DNA from: Acidimicrobiales bacterium
Lineage (GTDB): Bacteria > Actinomycetota > Acidimicrobiia > Acidimicrobiales > Aldehydirespiratoraceae
DNA length: 64,000 nt
Direction of reading: 5' to 3'
Assembly (NCBI GenBank): GCA_049437325.1
Contig: JBMTIM010000010.1
Span: 57 to 64,056 of the forward strand
The position numbers and the translations under genes were made by a program. This document shows, piece after piece, positions 55,725 to 64,000 of the stretch. The notes beneath the pieces are model-generated. The model made no database searches. It was not told where the DNA came from and saw only the letters and a list, made by a program, of their open reading frames with translations. Numbering within the stretch: position 1 is the first letter of the stretch; each line of letters starts with the position of its first letter.

Positions 55725-56916
55725 TGGCCGGCTCCGGGTCACCGGGTGCGTGGAGCCCAAAGATCAGTTCAGGGTCGCCAGGTTTCCAGGTACTCAGCAC
55801 CTGCGACCGGGCACCGATCCGGCGGGTCCGATCGAGCAGGTCGCGGCCGAGCGCAAGCTGTTCGGTCTCCCACCGCTGAAGTGCACTGTCGATGGCACGG
55901 CCCGATCGCAGATGACGGTCGAGTGTCCATGCGTCTTCTGCCGCCTTGGCGGTACCGGCCGCCGCATGAGGACGAACGGCAAAGGCCGCATCACCGATGA
56001 GACAGACCCGCCCGAACCGCATGCGGGAAATCGAGATGTCGTAGACCACCTGCAGGAACGGCTCCTCCACCGCAGCGACGACGGCAGCAATGGTGGCGGG
56101 AAGCCGGGCCGCAGCCGTGGCCCGCAACTCGGCGACGTGTTCGGGAGCGACGAGTCCGGGGGGTACCGAGAGGTCCCGAACGACCCCGTCGTGATCGGTC
56201 AGCAGTGATCGAAGGTCGCCACCGTCGAGGTAATTGCGGTACCAGACGAAGTTGAGCAGCCGTTCGCCCTTCTCGACCGAACCGTCGAGAGACGGGATCG
56301 GGTACACGAGGATGTGACTGTTGGCGTAGACGTGGTACGTGATCGCATCAGCGAGCCGCGCGGTGATCTCGGGCGGCAGATCGGCCTCGGACACAGTGCC
56401 CCTCCACGCCACGTAGCCGCTGTAGTCGGCCCTGGCGTCGGGGAGGAGCTGCGCCCGCACGGTCGAGCCGATTCCATCAGCAGCAACGACGAGATCAGCG
56501 CTCAGCGCCGAGCCATCGTCGAACGCCACGGACGCTCCCCGTTCGTCGTTGCGGACCTCGACGGCAGTGCGGTCGAGGTGATAGCGATCGCCGTCGAATG
56601 CCCCCAGCAGTCGGCGGTACACCGTGTTCCATGAACTGAACCGGTACGCGTGCTCAGCCTGATGGAGCACTGTGTCGTCGCGGTCGAGATAGACGATCTC
56701 GCTGGTCGTGATCGAGATCTCGTCCAGATCCACGCCGGCCCGCTCTGCGAGGTAACGGGAACACGCCCGCAGAAAGCCGATTCCGGCTCCCCGTTGCTCG
56801 AGCTCTCGTGGAGCGCGCTCATGGATCTCGACGTCGTGGCCGGCGTCTCGGAGCAGACACGCAGCGGTCAGTCCGCCGATGGAGCCGCCGATCACGAGCA
56901 CACGTGAGGGCTGCAA
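55717..56916 (-). CDS. FAD-dependent monooxygenase (2,6-dihydroxypyridine 3-monooxygenase-like); start uncertain
   Basis: IGGSIGG, RGAGI, ADGIGS, YSGYVAWRG, NFVWY, IGDAAFAVRPHAAAG. Confidence 0.85.
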   Translation of the reverse strand: MQPSRVLVIGGSIGGLTAACLLRDAGHDVEIHERAPRELEQRGAGIGFLRACSRYLAERAGVDLDEISITTSEIVYLDRDDTVLHQAEHAYRFSSWNTVYRRLLGAFDGDRYHLDRTAVEVRNDERGASVAFDDGSALSADLVVAADGIGSTVRAQLLPDARADYSGYVAWRGTVSEADLPPEITARLADAITYHVYANSHILVYPIPSLDGSVEKGERLLNFVWYRNYLDGGDLRSLLTDHDGVVRDLSVPPGLVAPEHVAELRATAAARLPATIAAVVAAVEEPFLQVVYDISISRMRFGRVCLIGDAAFAVRPHAAAGTAKAAEDAWTLDRHLRSGRAIDSALQRWETEQLALGRDLLDRTRRIGARSQVLSTWKPGDPELIFGLHAPGDPEPANV

Positions 56917-56927
56917 GGTCGAGATGG

Positions 56928-57449
56928 TCAGCCGGGTACGCCGAAGGTTGCGATCGAGTCGACGCGGCACTCAAACAGGACGCGACGCTCGTCGATCGAC
57001 GGATCGCGCAGGCCGTACTCGTCTCCCTCGCCGATGTACTTCTGCCAGATCCGGTTGAGCTGTGCGGTGACGCGTTCGCCCTCGACCGGGTCGTCCTCAC
57101 TGATCTCGCGTTCGACCGTGACCTTCATCGAGACCCAGTGATACATGTTCTCCGGGTTGACGATGGCGATGGTGACCTGCGGCGTGTCGCGGATCCACTG
57201 GGTCTTCTTGCGATGTTCGGCGACGTTGATCAGGACCTTGTCGCCTTCGTAGTCGAACCACATGGGCGTGAGGTTGGGACGACCAGCCGAGCCCATCACC
57301 GCCATGACGCAGGCGTAGGGCTTGTCCATCAGCTGCTTGTAGGTCGGGTCGAGATCGCTGATCGACGCGATCTGCTGGCGATCGCCGATCCCGAATTGCC
57401 CGGCACCCAACCCGGCGGAGACGTCGATGAACTTGTTGACCTGAACCAT
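56928..57449 (-). CDS. PNPOx-like (putative F420-dependent) protein
   Basis: GRPNLTPMWFDY, RKKTQWIRDTPQV, NPENMYHW; AAGGGG RBS. Confidence 0.85.
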   Translation of the reverse strand: MVQVNKFIDVSAGLGAGQFGIGDRQQIASISDLDPTYKQLMDKPYACVMAVMGSAGRPNLTPMWFDYEGDKVLINVAEHRKKTQWIRDTPQVTIAIVNPENMYHWVSMKVTVEREISEDDPVEGERVTAQLNRIWQKYIGEGDEYGLRDPSIDERRVLFECRVDSIATFGVPG

Positions 57450-57528
57450 GTGAACCCCTTCTCGTTGTCCGTTCGTGTTCGTGAACGTACTCGCGCAGGT
57501 CGCAGATGTCCCACGCACCGATGCGTCC

Positions 57529-59070
57529 CTAGCCGCGACTCACCGCCATGATGTGTCGATATTCCGTCGGATCGATCCGCACGTCGATCAGGTAGGGGGC
57601 ACGGGCGTCGAGCGCGGACCGAAAGGCTTCGTGCAGGTTCTCGGCATTGTCGACGACCGTTGCCGACATGCCGAAGCCTTCGGCGATCGCGGCGAAGTTG
57701 CTGGCTCCGTAGCGAACCGCCCGCTGGTCCCCTTGGCCGTCGCGCTGCTTCAGCTTGATGAGGGTCAGTTCGGAGTCGTTGAAGACGGTCACACACACAG
57801 GGAGCTGCAGGCGCTGAAGCGTCTCGAGTTCGGCCAGCATCATCTGGAGACCACCGTCGCCGGTGAGGCTCAGCACCGACCGATCCGGACTGGCAAGCGA
57901 CGCGCCGATAGCAGCGGGCAGGGCGTAGCCCATCGTTGCGAGACCGTTGGAGATCAAGAGTTGTCGGCGTCGGGTGACCGGCCAGAACGGCAACACGGCG
58001 AGAAAATGCGCACCGGCATCGACAGTGACCATGCCGTCATCGGGCCAGACCTCTGCTGCGGATCGTACGAGTTCGATCGGCCCGAGTGGGCGAGCGGCAT
58101 CGGACAGTCGCGCACGAACCGACCGCAAATGTTCGCGGGCGCCGCTGTGACTCGGCCTGCGTTCGGGAAGGACATCGGCCGGCTCACCCACGTAGGCCCA
58201 CGAGACCGGAGCAAAGCGATGACTGGTCGGGACTGGATCGATGGCCACGACTTCGGCGGTGCCGGGCCAGGGACCGGGCATCGGTTCCACGTCGTCGAAT
58301 CCGATCAGCACGACCATGTCGGCATCGACGAGGAGCTGACGCTCCGGCTCTGCGTTGGTGAACATGCCGGCGAGAAGCGGGTGACCCTCCGCCAGCGCGC
58401 CGGCCCCTTGATAGGTGGTGAGCACTGGGGCACCGAACGACTCGAGCGGGCCGGAAAGGTTGTCGGGTGCATGGATCCCCGTGATGACGACCGGGTGTTC
58501 CGACCCCTCGAGGCGGGCCCGAACCACGTCGGCTGCAGCAGCGGTCATCGGCTGGTCGACGCTTCGTGGTGGATCGATGTCGGTTGACGCACCGGCGTCG
58601 AGATCGAGATGCACGGCGCCGGACCGGCCACCGTCGACGCAAGACAGCAGGTCCACCATCTCCTCGGCAGTGACGTCGTCACCGATCCGAGCGGTTCGAA
58701 GGGTCACCGGGCGAAGCACGGCGCGCTGGTCGAAGCGTTGATGGGCAACCCGTTCGCGTTGCGACATCGGGACGGTGTCGGTGATGACGACGAGCGGCGC
58801 GCGGTCAAGCGTGGCCTGTGCAGCGCCATTCACGACACTCGAAACCCCTGGTCCCCGAGTGACGACGACGGCTGAAAGCGTGCCGGTGGTCAGACCATGA
58901 GCCGACGCCATCATCGCTGCGCCCGATTCACCGTGCGCCAGTACGAACTCGATGCCGTTGCGCTCCAACTCGCCGATCAGTTCGAGATTGGGACCCCCGC
59001 CAGGTACCCCGAACACGTGCGTGCATCCCCGGTGACGAAGAGCACGTGCGACCTCACCGATGGCTCCCAT
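57529..59070 (-). CDS. Thiamine pyrophosphate-binding enzyme (acetolactate synthase-like)
   Basis: VFGVPGG, HGE, TRGPG, SNGLATMGYALPAAIG, GDGG...FND. Confidence 0.9.
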   Translation of the reverse strand: MGAIGEVARALRHRGCTHVFGVPGGGPNLELIGELERNGIEFVLAHGESGAAMMASAHGLTTGTLSAVVVTRGPGVSSVVNGAAQATLDRAPLVVITDTVPMSQRERVAHQRFDQRAVLRPVTLRTARIGDDVTAEEMVDLLSCVDGGRSGAVHLDLDAGASTDIDPPRSVDQPMTAAAADVVRARLEGSEHPVVITGIHAPDNLSGPLESFGAPVLTTYQGAGALAEGHPLLAGMFTNAEPERQLLVDADMVVLIGFDDVEPMPGPWPGTAEVVAIDPVPTSHRFAPVSWAYVGEPADVLPERRPSHSGAREHLRSVRARLSDAARPLGPIELVRSAAEVWPDDGMVTVDAGAHFLAVLPFWPVTRRRQLLISNGLATMGYALPAAIGASLASPDRSVLSLTGDGGLQMMLAELETLQRLQLPVCVTVFNDSELTLIKLKQRDGQGDQRAVRYGASNFAAIAEGFGMSATVVDNAENLHEAFRSALDARAPYLIDVRIDPTEYRHIMAVSRG

Positions 59071-59156
59071 ACCGGCGCAAACCCTACGCGGCGTGCTGCC
59101 CTGTCTGCGAAACGTTTGCAACGCCGAGCCAACACCACGGCCCAGGCGTTCGACGA

Positions 59157-60485
59157 TCACCCGGCCGGCAAATCGACGGTCCAGGGAGCGTACGGCCACG
59201 GCGGGTACGGCCAAATCTCCAGCTCGTCGCTGGGATCCACCTCCCAGGCATCGATCTCTGCCTGCCAGTCAGGACACCCGACGCAGTCGAGCGCAAGCCG
59301 CCTTTCGGTCCAGAACTCCGCCGCCCCTACCACGAGGGCGACGGTGATCAGGGTGACGACGACGGTCCGGCTCATCGGCGACGTGGCGGTGGTGAGTCCG
59401 TGGGCAAGCAACAACGATGTGATCGCAAGGGGAAGCACTGCGTAGCGGCTGTTGGCGATGCCCCATGCGCCCAGTTGCACGAGAAGTTCGGTGAGGGCAA
59501 ATGCTGTGCCGAGCACGAACAGCACATGACGAGATCCGCTGCGCACGGCCACAGCGATAGCTCCAGCAACGATCACCCCCATCACTCCCACTGCCAGCAC
59601 CCAGGCGATGCTGCGACCCACCAGTATCTTGTCGGCAAGGTCGGCGCTCACCGATCGGCCCATCACAATCGGGGTGACGTGCAGGGTCCCGACGGTGGCG
59701 AACAGTTCGGCCGGGCCGGGCAGGGTGAGCTTTGTCTCCTCGAGACTGCCCGAGGTGCGAGACAGCAGCACGATGATGGCCTGAAACGCTGCTGCACTCG
59801 AGATCACGGCAGCGTGAACGAGGCGCCGGCGGGTGCGGTCGCGATACGCCTGCCACCAGAACAGCGGAGTCAGGACAGCTGTGTACAACCCGGCCAGCGC
59901 TGCACAGCCCAAGGCCGCAACGCTCGCCGCAAACTGACGGTGTGACAGGCAGTCGAGCCGAGCAAACACAAGTATCAGGCCAAGGATCCCGAGATAGGTC
60001 TGGGAGTTGATCGTGTTGCTCCACACCTCGGGGTGGGCAGCCGGACCGAAGAGGAGCAACCCGGCCGCGACCACCCGAGCTGTCGGCGTGGGCAACAGTT
60101 CGCTTTGCCACGCAAGGGTGATCCAGAGGAGACCCACGATGATGAGAAACGCCATCCAGGTCGTGACAAGTGGGGCGACCGACAGTGGCACCAGCGACGC
60201 GAGCCAGGTCCCGACGTTCGGAACGATGTTGAGGTAACCCGCCCGTTGATCGATGAACGTCAACCCGCCGATTCCACCTTCGGTGATGGCGTGGGCGAAG
60301 TGGATCGTTCCCTCCTCGGCCCAGAAGCGGCCGTTGAGCAGCACGTGGGGTGCCCGCGCCGCGGCAACGATCGTGAGCAGCGCGAACCAACCCCTGGTGC
60401 CGACACGTTCGATCTGCGCCTCGAGGGTGGTCAACATGTCATCGCCGCTCCCACATCCGCTGCGGTCCCCGTCGGCGCCGATCAT
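59157..60485 (-). CDS. Polytopic membrane protein, possible GT-C-type glycosyltransferase
   Basis: About 10 TM segments; acidic FWAEEG motif in the first loop, AGYLNIVPN, RY motif. Confidence 0.6.
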   Translation of the reverse strand: MIGADGDRSGCGSGDDMLTTLEAQIERVGTRGWFALLTIVAAARAPHVLLNGRFWAEEGTIHFAHAITEGGIGGLTFIDQRAGYLNIVPNVGTWLASLVPLSVAPLVTTWMAFLIIVGLLWITLAWQSELLPTPTARVVAAGLLLFGPAAHPEVWSNTINSQTYLGILGLILVFARLDCLSHRQFAASVAALGCAALAGLYTAVLTPLFWWQAYRDRTRRRLVHAAVISSAAAFQAIIVLLSRTSGSLEETKLTLPGPAELFATVGTLHVTPIVMGRSVSADLADKILVGRSIAWVLAVGVMGVIVAGAIAVAVRSGSRHVLFVLGTAFALTELLVQLGAWGIANSRYAVLPLAITSLLLAHGLTTATSPMSRTVVVTLITVALVVGAAEFWTERRLALDCVGCPDWQAEIDAWEVDPSDELEIWPYPPWPYAPWTVDLPAG

Positions 60486-60679
60486 CTCCCGCGCACACTA
60501 GCCCCGATGTGCGGAGTGACGATCGGGAGGGGAATGGACCCAACCTCCCCACGACACTCGCCGACAGGGCGGCTCCGCTCCAGGCGGTGGGTACCTCGCA
60601 GGCTCCCCGATCGAGCTGGAACTGTCGGCAGTCGTGCGCCGCGATCCGTGTCGTTCGAGTCGTTCGAGCGCACAGTGCG

Positions 60680-60752
60680 TACCCCGTACGGGATTTGAAC
60701 CCGTGCTACCACCTTGAGAGGGTGGCGTCCTAGGCCGCTAGACGAACGGGGC
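60680..60752 (-). tRNA. tRNA-Glu(CTC)
   Basis: GCCCCGTTCGTCTAGCGGCCTAGGACGCCACCCTCTCAAGGTGGTAGCACGGGTTCAAATCCCGTACGGGGTA cloverleaf; CCA not encoded. Confidence 0.96.
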
Positions 60753-60826
60753 GAGTTCGAACCACCGGAGTGGTCGGCCCGCTGAGTGTAGCGATGCGGC
60801 TGGGGCTGCCCAACCGGCCCCGTGCC

Positions 60827-61813
60827 TCAGGCGACCGCTGCCTCGATATCGGCCTTGACCTCCGGCGTGATCCTCGCAATCACGTCCAGGGACTCGAAGT
60901 TGGCGACGACCTGCTCGACCCGCGACGCGCCGGTGATCACAGTCGACACATTGGGGCTGAGTGTGCACCACGCCAACGCAAGCTGCGCCATCGAACAGTC
61001 GAGACGTTCGGCGATGGGTCGGAGGTTCTCGACCTTCGCGATCGTGGCAGCATCGGACATGCGTTCGGCGAGCCAGCCGTACCCATCGAGGGCGGCGCGA
61101 GAGTCGTCGGGGACACCGTCGCGGTATTTGCCGGTGAGCAGACCAGATGCGAGCGGACTCCAGATGGTGTTGCCGTAACCGGTTTCTTCGACCAGGCCGG
61201 CGAATTCGGTGTCGATGCGCCGCTCGAGCAGGTTGTACTGGCTCTGCTCGGTGACGGGCTTGTGGAGGCCGTACTTCTCTGCAATCGCCATGGCCTCACG
61301 AACCTGATCGACCGACCATTCGCTGGTTCCCCAGTAGTTGGCCTTCCCCGACGAGACGATCTCGCTCATCGTGAACACCACCTCTTCCATCGGCGTTTCC
61401 GGGTCGGCACGGTGGCAGTAGAAGACGTCGACGAAGTCGGTACCGAACCGCTCGAGCGATCCTTCGATCGACTGCAGCAGGTATTTGCGGTTGAGGGTGA
61501 GATGCATGTTGGGCACGCCCCGATGGATGCCCCAATACGCCTTGGTGGTCAGCACGTACGACCAGCGGGGCCAGCCGAGGCGAGCGAACGCCCGGCCCAT
61601 GATTTCTTCTGAGGCCCCACCGGCATACGCCTCGGCGTTGTCGAAGAAGTTGCAGCCCGCATCACCAGCTGCGGCCATGCACTCCACAGCAAGACCGTCG
61701 TCGAGCTGGGTGTCGAACGTGACCCAGCTCCCGAAGGACAGCACGCTGACTTTCAAGCCGGTGGCGCCAAGGCGCCGGTACTCCATGTTCTCGTTCACTG
61801 CGGGTGCATTCAT
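60827..61813 (-). CDS. Aldo/keto reductase (K+ channel beta-subunit-like)
   Basis: [37 protein letters not shown]. Confidence 0.93.
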   Translation of the reverse strand: MNAPAVNENMEYRRLGATGLKVSVLSFGSWVTFDTQLDDGLAVECMAAAGDAGCNFFDNAEAYAGGASEEIMGRAFARLGWPRWSYVLTTKAYWGIHRGVPNMHLTLNRKYLLQSIEGSLERFGTDFVDVFYCHRADPETPMEEVVFTMSEIVSSGKANYWGTSEWSVDQVREAMAIAEKYGLHKPVTEQSQYNLLERRIDTEFAGLVEETGYGNTIWSPLASGLLTGKYRDGVPDDSRAALDGYGWLAERMSDAATIAKVENLRPIAERLDCSMAQLALAWCTLSPNVSTVITGASRVEQVVANFESLDVIARITPEVKADIEAAVA

Positions 61814-61837
61814 ACCCCGACGGTACTCCTGCGTCGT

Positions 61838-62995
61838 TCAGGATCCCCCGCTGGCGGGGACGACAAGGACGGGTCCGTTCCTCGACCAGCGGACGAGATG
61901 AACGAACAGCGCCCGTGCACCCTCCGGGTAGCCGACCTCACCGTCGACCCACCCGTGGAACACGACGAGATCAGCGGCCCGATCCGGGAGTCTGACCACT
62001 TCGAGCCCACCCGGCCCCGCAACGGAGTCGGTCGACTCGAGCCATGGGTTCGGTTGCTTCTCGCATGGTCCAACCACCGACTGGCACTCGGCAAGACCAA
62101 CCGCATAGTCCGCATGATCCCACCGGTTTGCCGAGTAGAAGAGCCACCACGTGTCCCCCACCTCGATCATCGAGGGGCCTTCGATCACGTCTCGCTCCCA
62201 CGACAGATCGTTTCGAAGCAACTCGATGGGACTCCCAGCCAACGCGAGGCCATCGCTCGACAGTGGCTGGCTGTACACGACCGTCGGGAGCCCGCAGCAG
62301 TTGCCGTCAGATTTCCACAACAGGTGCGGGGCCTCACCGTCGAACACCACACTCGGGTCGATCGCTCCGCCCTGATCGAGTGCACAGACCAGCGGTTCGG
62401 TCGACTCGTCGAGAAACGGGCCAGCCGGATGATCGCCCACTGCTACCGAAATGCACTGTCGGCCACTGCCCGAATGACGAGTCGTGTAGTGCAACAGCCA
62501 GTGATCGCCGACCTTGGTCACCGAGGGCGCCCACACATGGTGAGGCTCGCTCCACGCCGGCAGCACCGGTAGCGCATCTCCGTGCACACCACCGGACTCG
62601 GTGCTCAACACCGGCACGTTCATGAACATGGTGTTGGTGGCGAACGCAAAGAAGGAACCGCCGAAGGCAACCACATCGGGATCGGCGAAATCGCCTGCGA
62701 ACATCGGTGTCCCGTCGCGAGAGATCCGAACCCGAGCCGAGCCGTCGCTCGCCGCAGGCGTGGTGCGCGACATCGGCTGCTCCGGTACCACCGTCGATGG
62801 CGGGAACGCCACAGGCGTCGTCGGATGCATTGGCTCTGCTGTTGACGGCGCCGTTGTTGTCGACCGCTCGGTGGGGAGGAATCCCTCCTCGGCGACGAAC
62901 TCGACCGTCGAGTCCGAGAACGGCCCGCGGTCGACGATGCCGAAACCGAACACCACCACTAGCAACACCGATGCGCCGATCGTGTATTGCGCCAC
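61838..62995 (-). CDS. Membrane-anchored/secreted glycoside hydrolase family 43
   Basis: N-terminal TM, Pro/Thr linker, FADPDV, WAPSV, AIDPSV, IEGPSM, GPGG. Confidence 0.88.
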   Translation of the reverse strand: MAQYTIGASVLLVVVFGFGIVDRGPFSDSTVEFVAEEGFLPTERSTTTAPSTAEPMHPTTPVAFPPSTVVPEQPMSRTTPAASDGSARVRISRDGTPMFAGDFADPDVVAFGGSFFAFATNTMFMNVPVLSTESGGVHGDALPVLPAWSEPHHVWAPSVTKVGDHWLLHYTTRHSGSGRQCISVAVGDHPAGPFLDESTEPLVCALDQGGAIDPSVVFDGEAPHLLWKSDGNCCGLPTVVYSQPLSSDGLALAGSPIELLRNDLSWERDVIEGPSMIEVGDTWWLFYSANRWDHADYAVGLAECQSVVGPCEKQPNPWLESTDSVAGPGGLEVVRLPDRAADLVVFHGWVDGEVGYPEGARALFVHLVRWSRNGPVLVVPASGGS

Positions 62996-63068
62996 ACCTC
63001 CACCTTCGGCAGCGCAGGTGAGGCCGTCGTGAGCCCGAGGTGAGGAAACTGTAAACAGGCGGCAACGC

Positions 63069-63092
63069 GAAACGGCGCCCCGGAGGGCGCCG
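63069..63092 (-). terminator. Intrinsic terminator-like hairpin after tRNA-Gln
   Basis: CGGCGCCC-TCCG-GGGCGCCG followed by TTTC on the minus strand. Confidence 0.6.
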
Positions 63093-63099
63093 CTGTCAG

Positions 63100-63171
63100 C
63101 TCGGGGAGGAGGACTTGAACCCCCAATGTCTGGACCAGAACCAGATGTGTTACCAATTACACCATCCCCGA
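63100..63171 (-). tRNA. tRNA-Gln(CTG)
   Basis: TCGGGGATGGTGTAATTGGTAACACATCTGGTTCTGGTCCAGACATTGGGGGTTCAAGTCCTCCTCCCCGAG cloverleaf. Confidence 0.96.
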
Positions 63172-63218
63172 AGGATGGCCCGCGAAGGGCAGGGGAAACG
63201 ATATCTGTTCCGGCGGCG

Positions 63219-63821
63219 TCAGCCGACCCCTCCGATCCAGTTGTCGACCCGTCGGTAGCCCAGCACCCGGCCCAGGCTCACCGCCCCCGTTTCCCTGATC
63301 AGATTGCGGATCGACGTTGCACTTTCGGTCGACGAAACCGACGCCTCGAGGCCGATCTCGTCGGCGATCTGCGTGAGACGAAGGGCGTGGTAGGGGTCGG
63401 ACACCAGTACCACCGAGGCAACGTCGAGTTGGCGGAGCTGACGGGCCGTCGCTGCAAGCTGCTCCCAGGTCGACGACCCGTCGGTGATGATCAACAGCGC
63501 CTCTTCAGGCACGCCTTTGAAACGCAGGTACTCGAATCCAGCGAACCCCTCCGTCACCCGGTCACCCGGCTGATTGGAACCGGTCGTGACGACCAGCGGC
63601 GCAGTGCCGTCGCTCCACAGCGCAAAGGCATGATCGAGTCGCTGCTGAAAGACCGGTGACGGATCACCGTCGTACTGCGCCGCCCCAAGCACGACAATCG
63701 CATCGACCGGAGTGCGCTGGTCGGCTCCCGAGGCGACAAGCACGTTCACAAAGTTGAAGCCGACATAGGTGATACCGACCGCAGCGACGACGAGGAGCGC
63801 CCTGGGAGAACGCAACCGCAT
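63219..63821 (-). CDS. YdcF/DUF218 family protein (start uncertain)
   Basis: DAIVVLGAAQY, RLDHA, TGS, STWEQ, VSDPYHALR. Confidence 0.88.
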   Translation of the reverse strand: MRLRSPRALLVVAAVGITYVGFNFVNVLVASGADQRTPVDAIVVLGAAQYDGDPSPVFQQRLDHAFALWSDGTAPLVVTTGSNQPGDRVTEGFAGFEYLRFKGVPEEALLIITDGSSTWEQLAATARQLRQLDVASVVLVSDPYHALRLTQIADEIGLEASVSSTESATSIRNLIRETGAVSLGRVLGYRRVDNWIGGVG

Positions 63822-64000
63822 CAGCAGGCTGCGCAGCTGCACCACGTCAACCGAGCCGGGCTCGGGCAGCTCGGAGACGGTGGAGGCACTCGTTGCGACC
63901 GAGCAGCGACATCGCCCGCCAGAGCGGGATGCCCGCTCCCCCACCGGTCAGCGCAACACGAACCGGTGCTTGGGAAAGAACTCTCGTCTCGAGCTCGGAC

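Noticed and set aside
60500-63220. Integrative element at the tRNA genes
   Set aside because: No integrase, transposase or duplicated tRNA 3' end found in the window.

Overview
High-GC actinobacterial chromosome segment; gene content and many apparently leaderless starts suggest Acidimicrobiia (inference). It is densely coding. It holds a sulfatase-rich catabolic region with four Cys-type sulfatases (two are close paralogs, one is fused to a DJ-1 domain), an alkylsulfatase-like enzyme, a haloalkane dehalogenase, a Rieske oxygenase, a BVMO, an amidase and a PhyH enzyme. It also holds a complete form I CO dehydrogenase locus (coxMSL, XdhC-YHS, coxG, coxD/E, mocA-like) followed by five small similar membrane proteins, an EAL signalling pair, melA-galK-galM, tRNA-Glu and tRNA-Gln. 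The top finding is at 46107-47573, which the ORF track splits in two. It reads as one linalool dehydratase/isomerase (LinD)-like gene with in-frame TGA codons at both catalytic cysteine positions (U208, U217). An fdhF-like SECIS hairpin follows the second TGA, making it a candidate double-selenocysteine hydro-lyase. All family calls come from motif recognition; no database searches were run.
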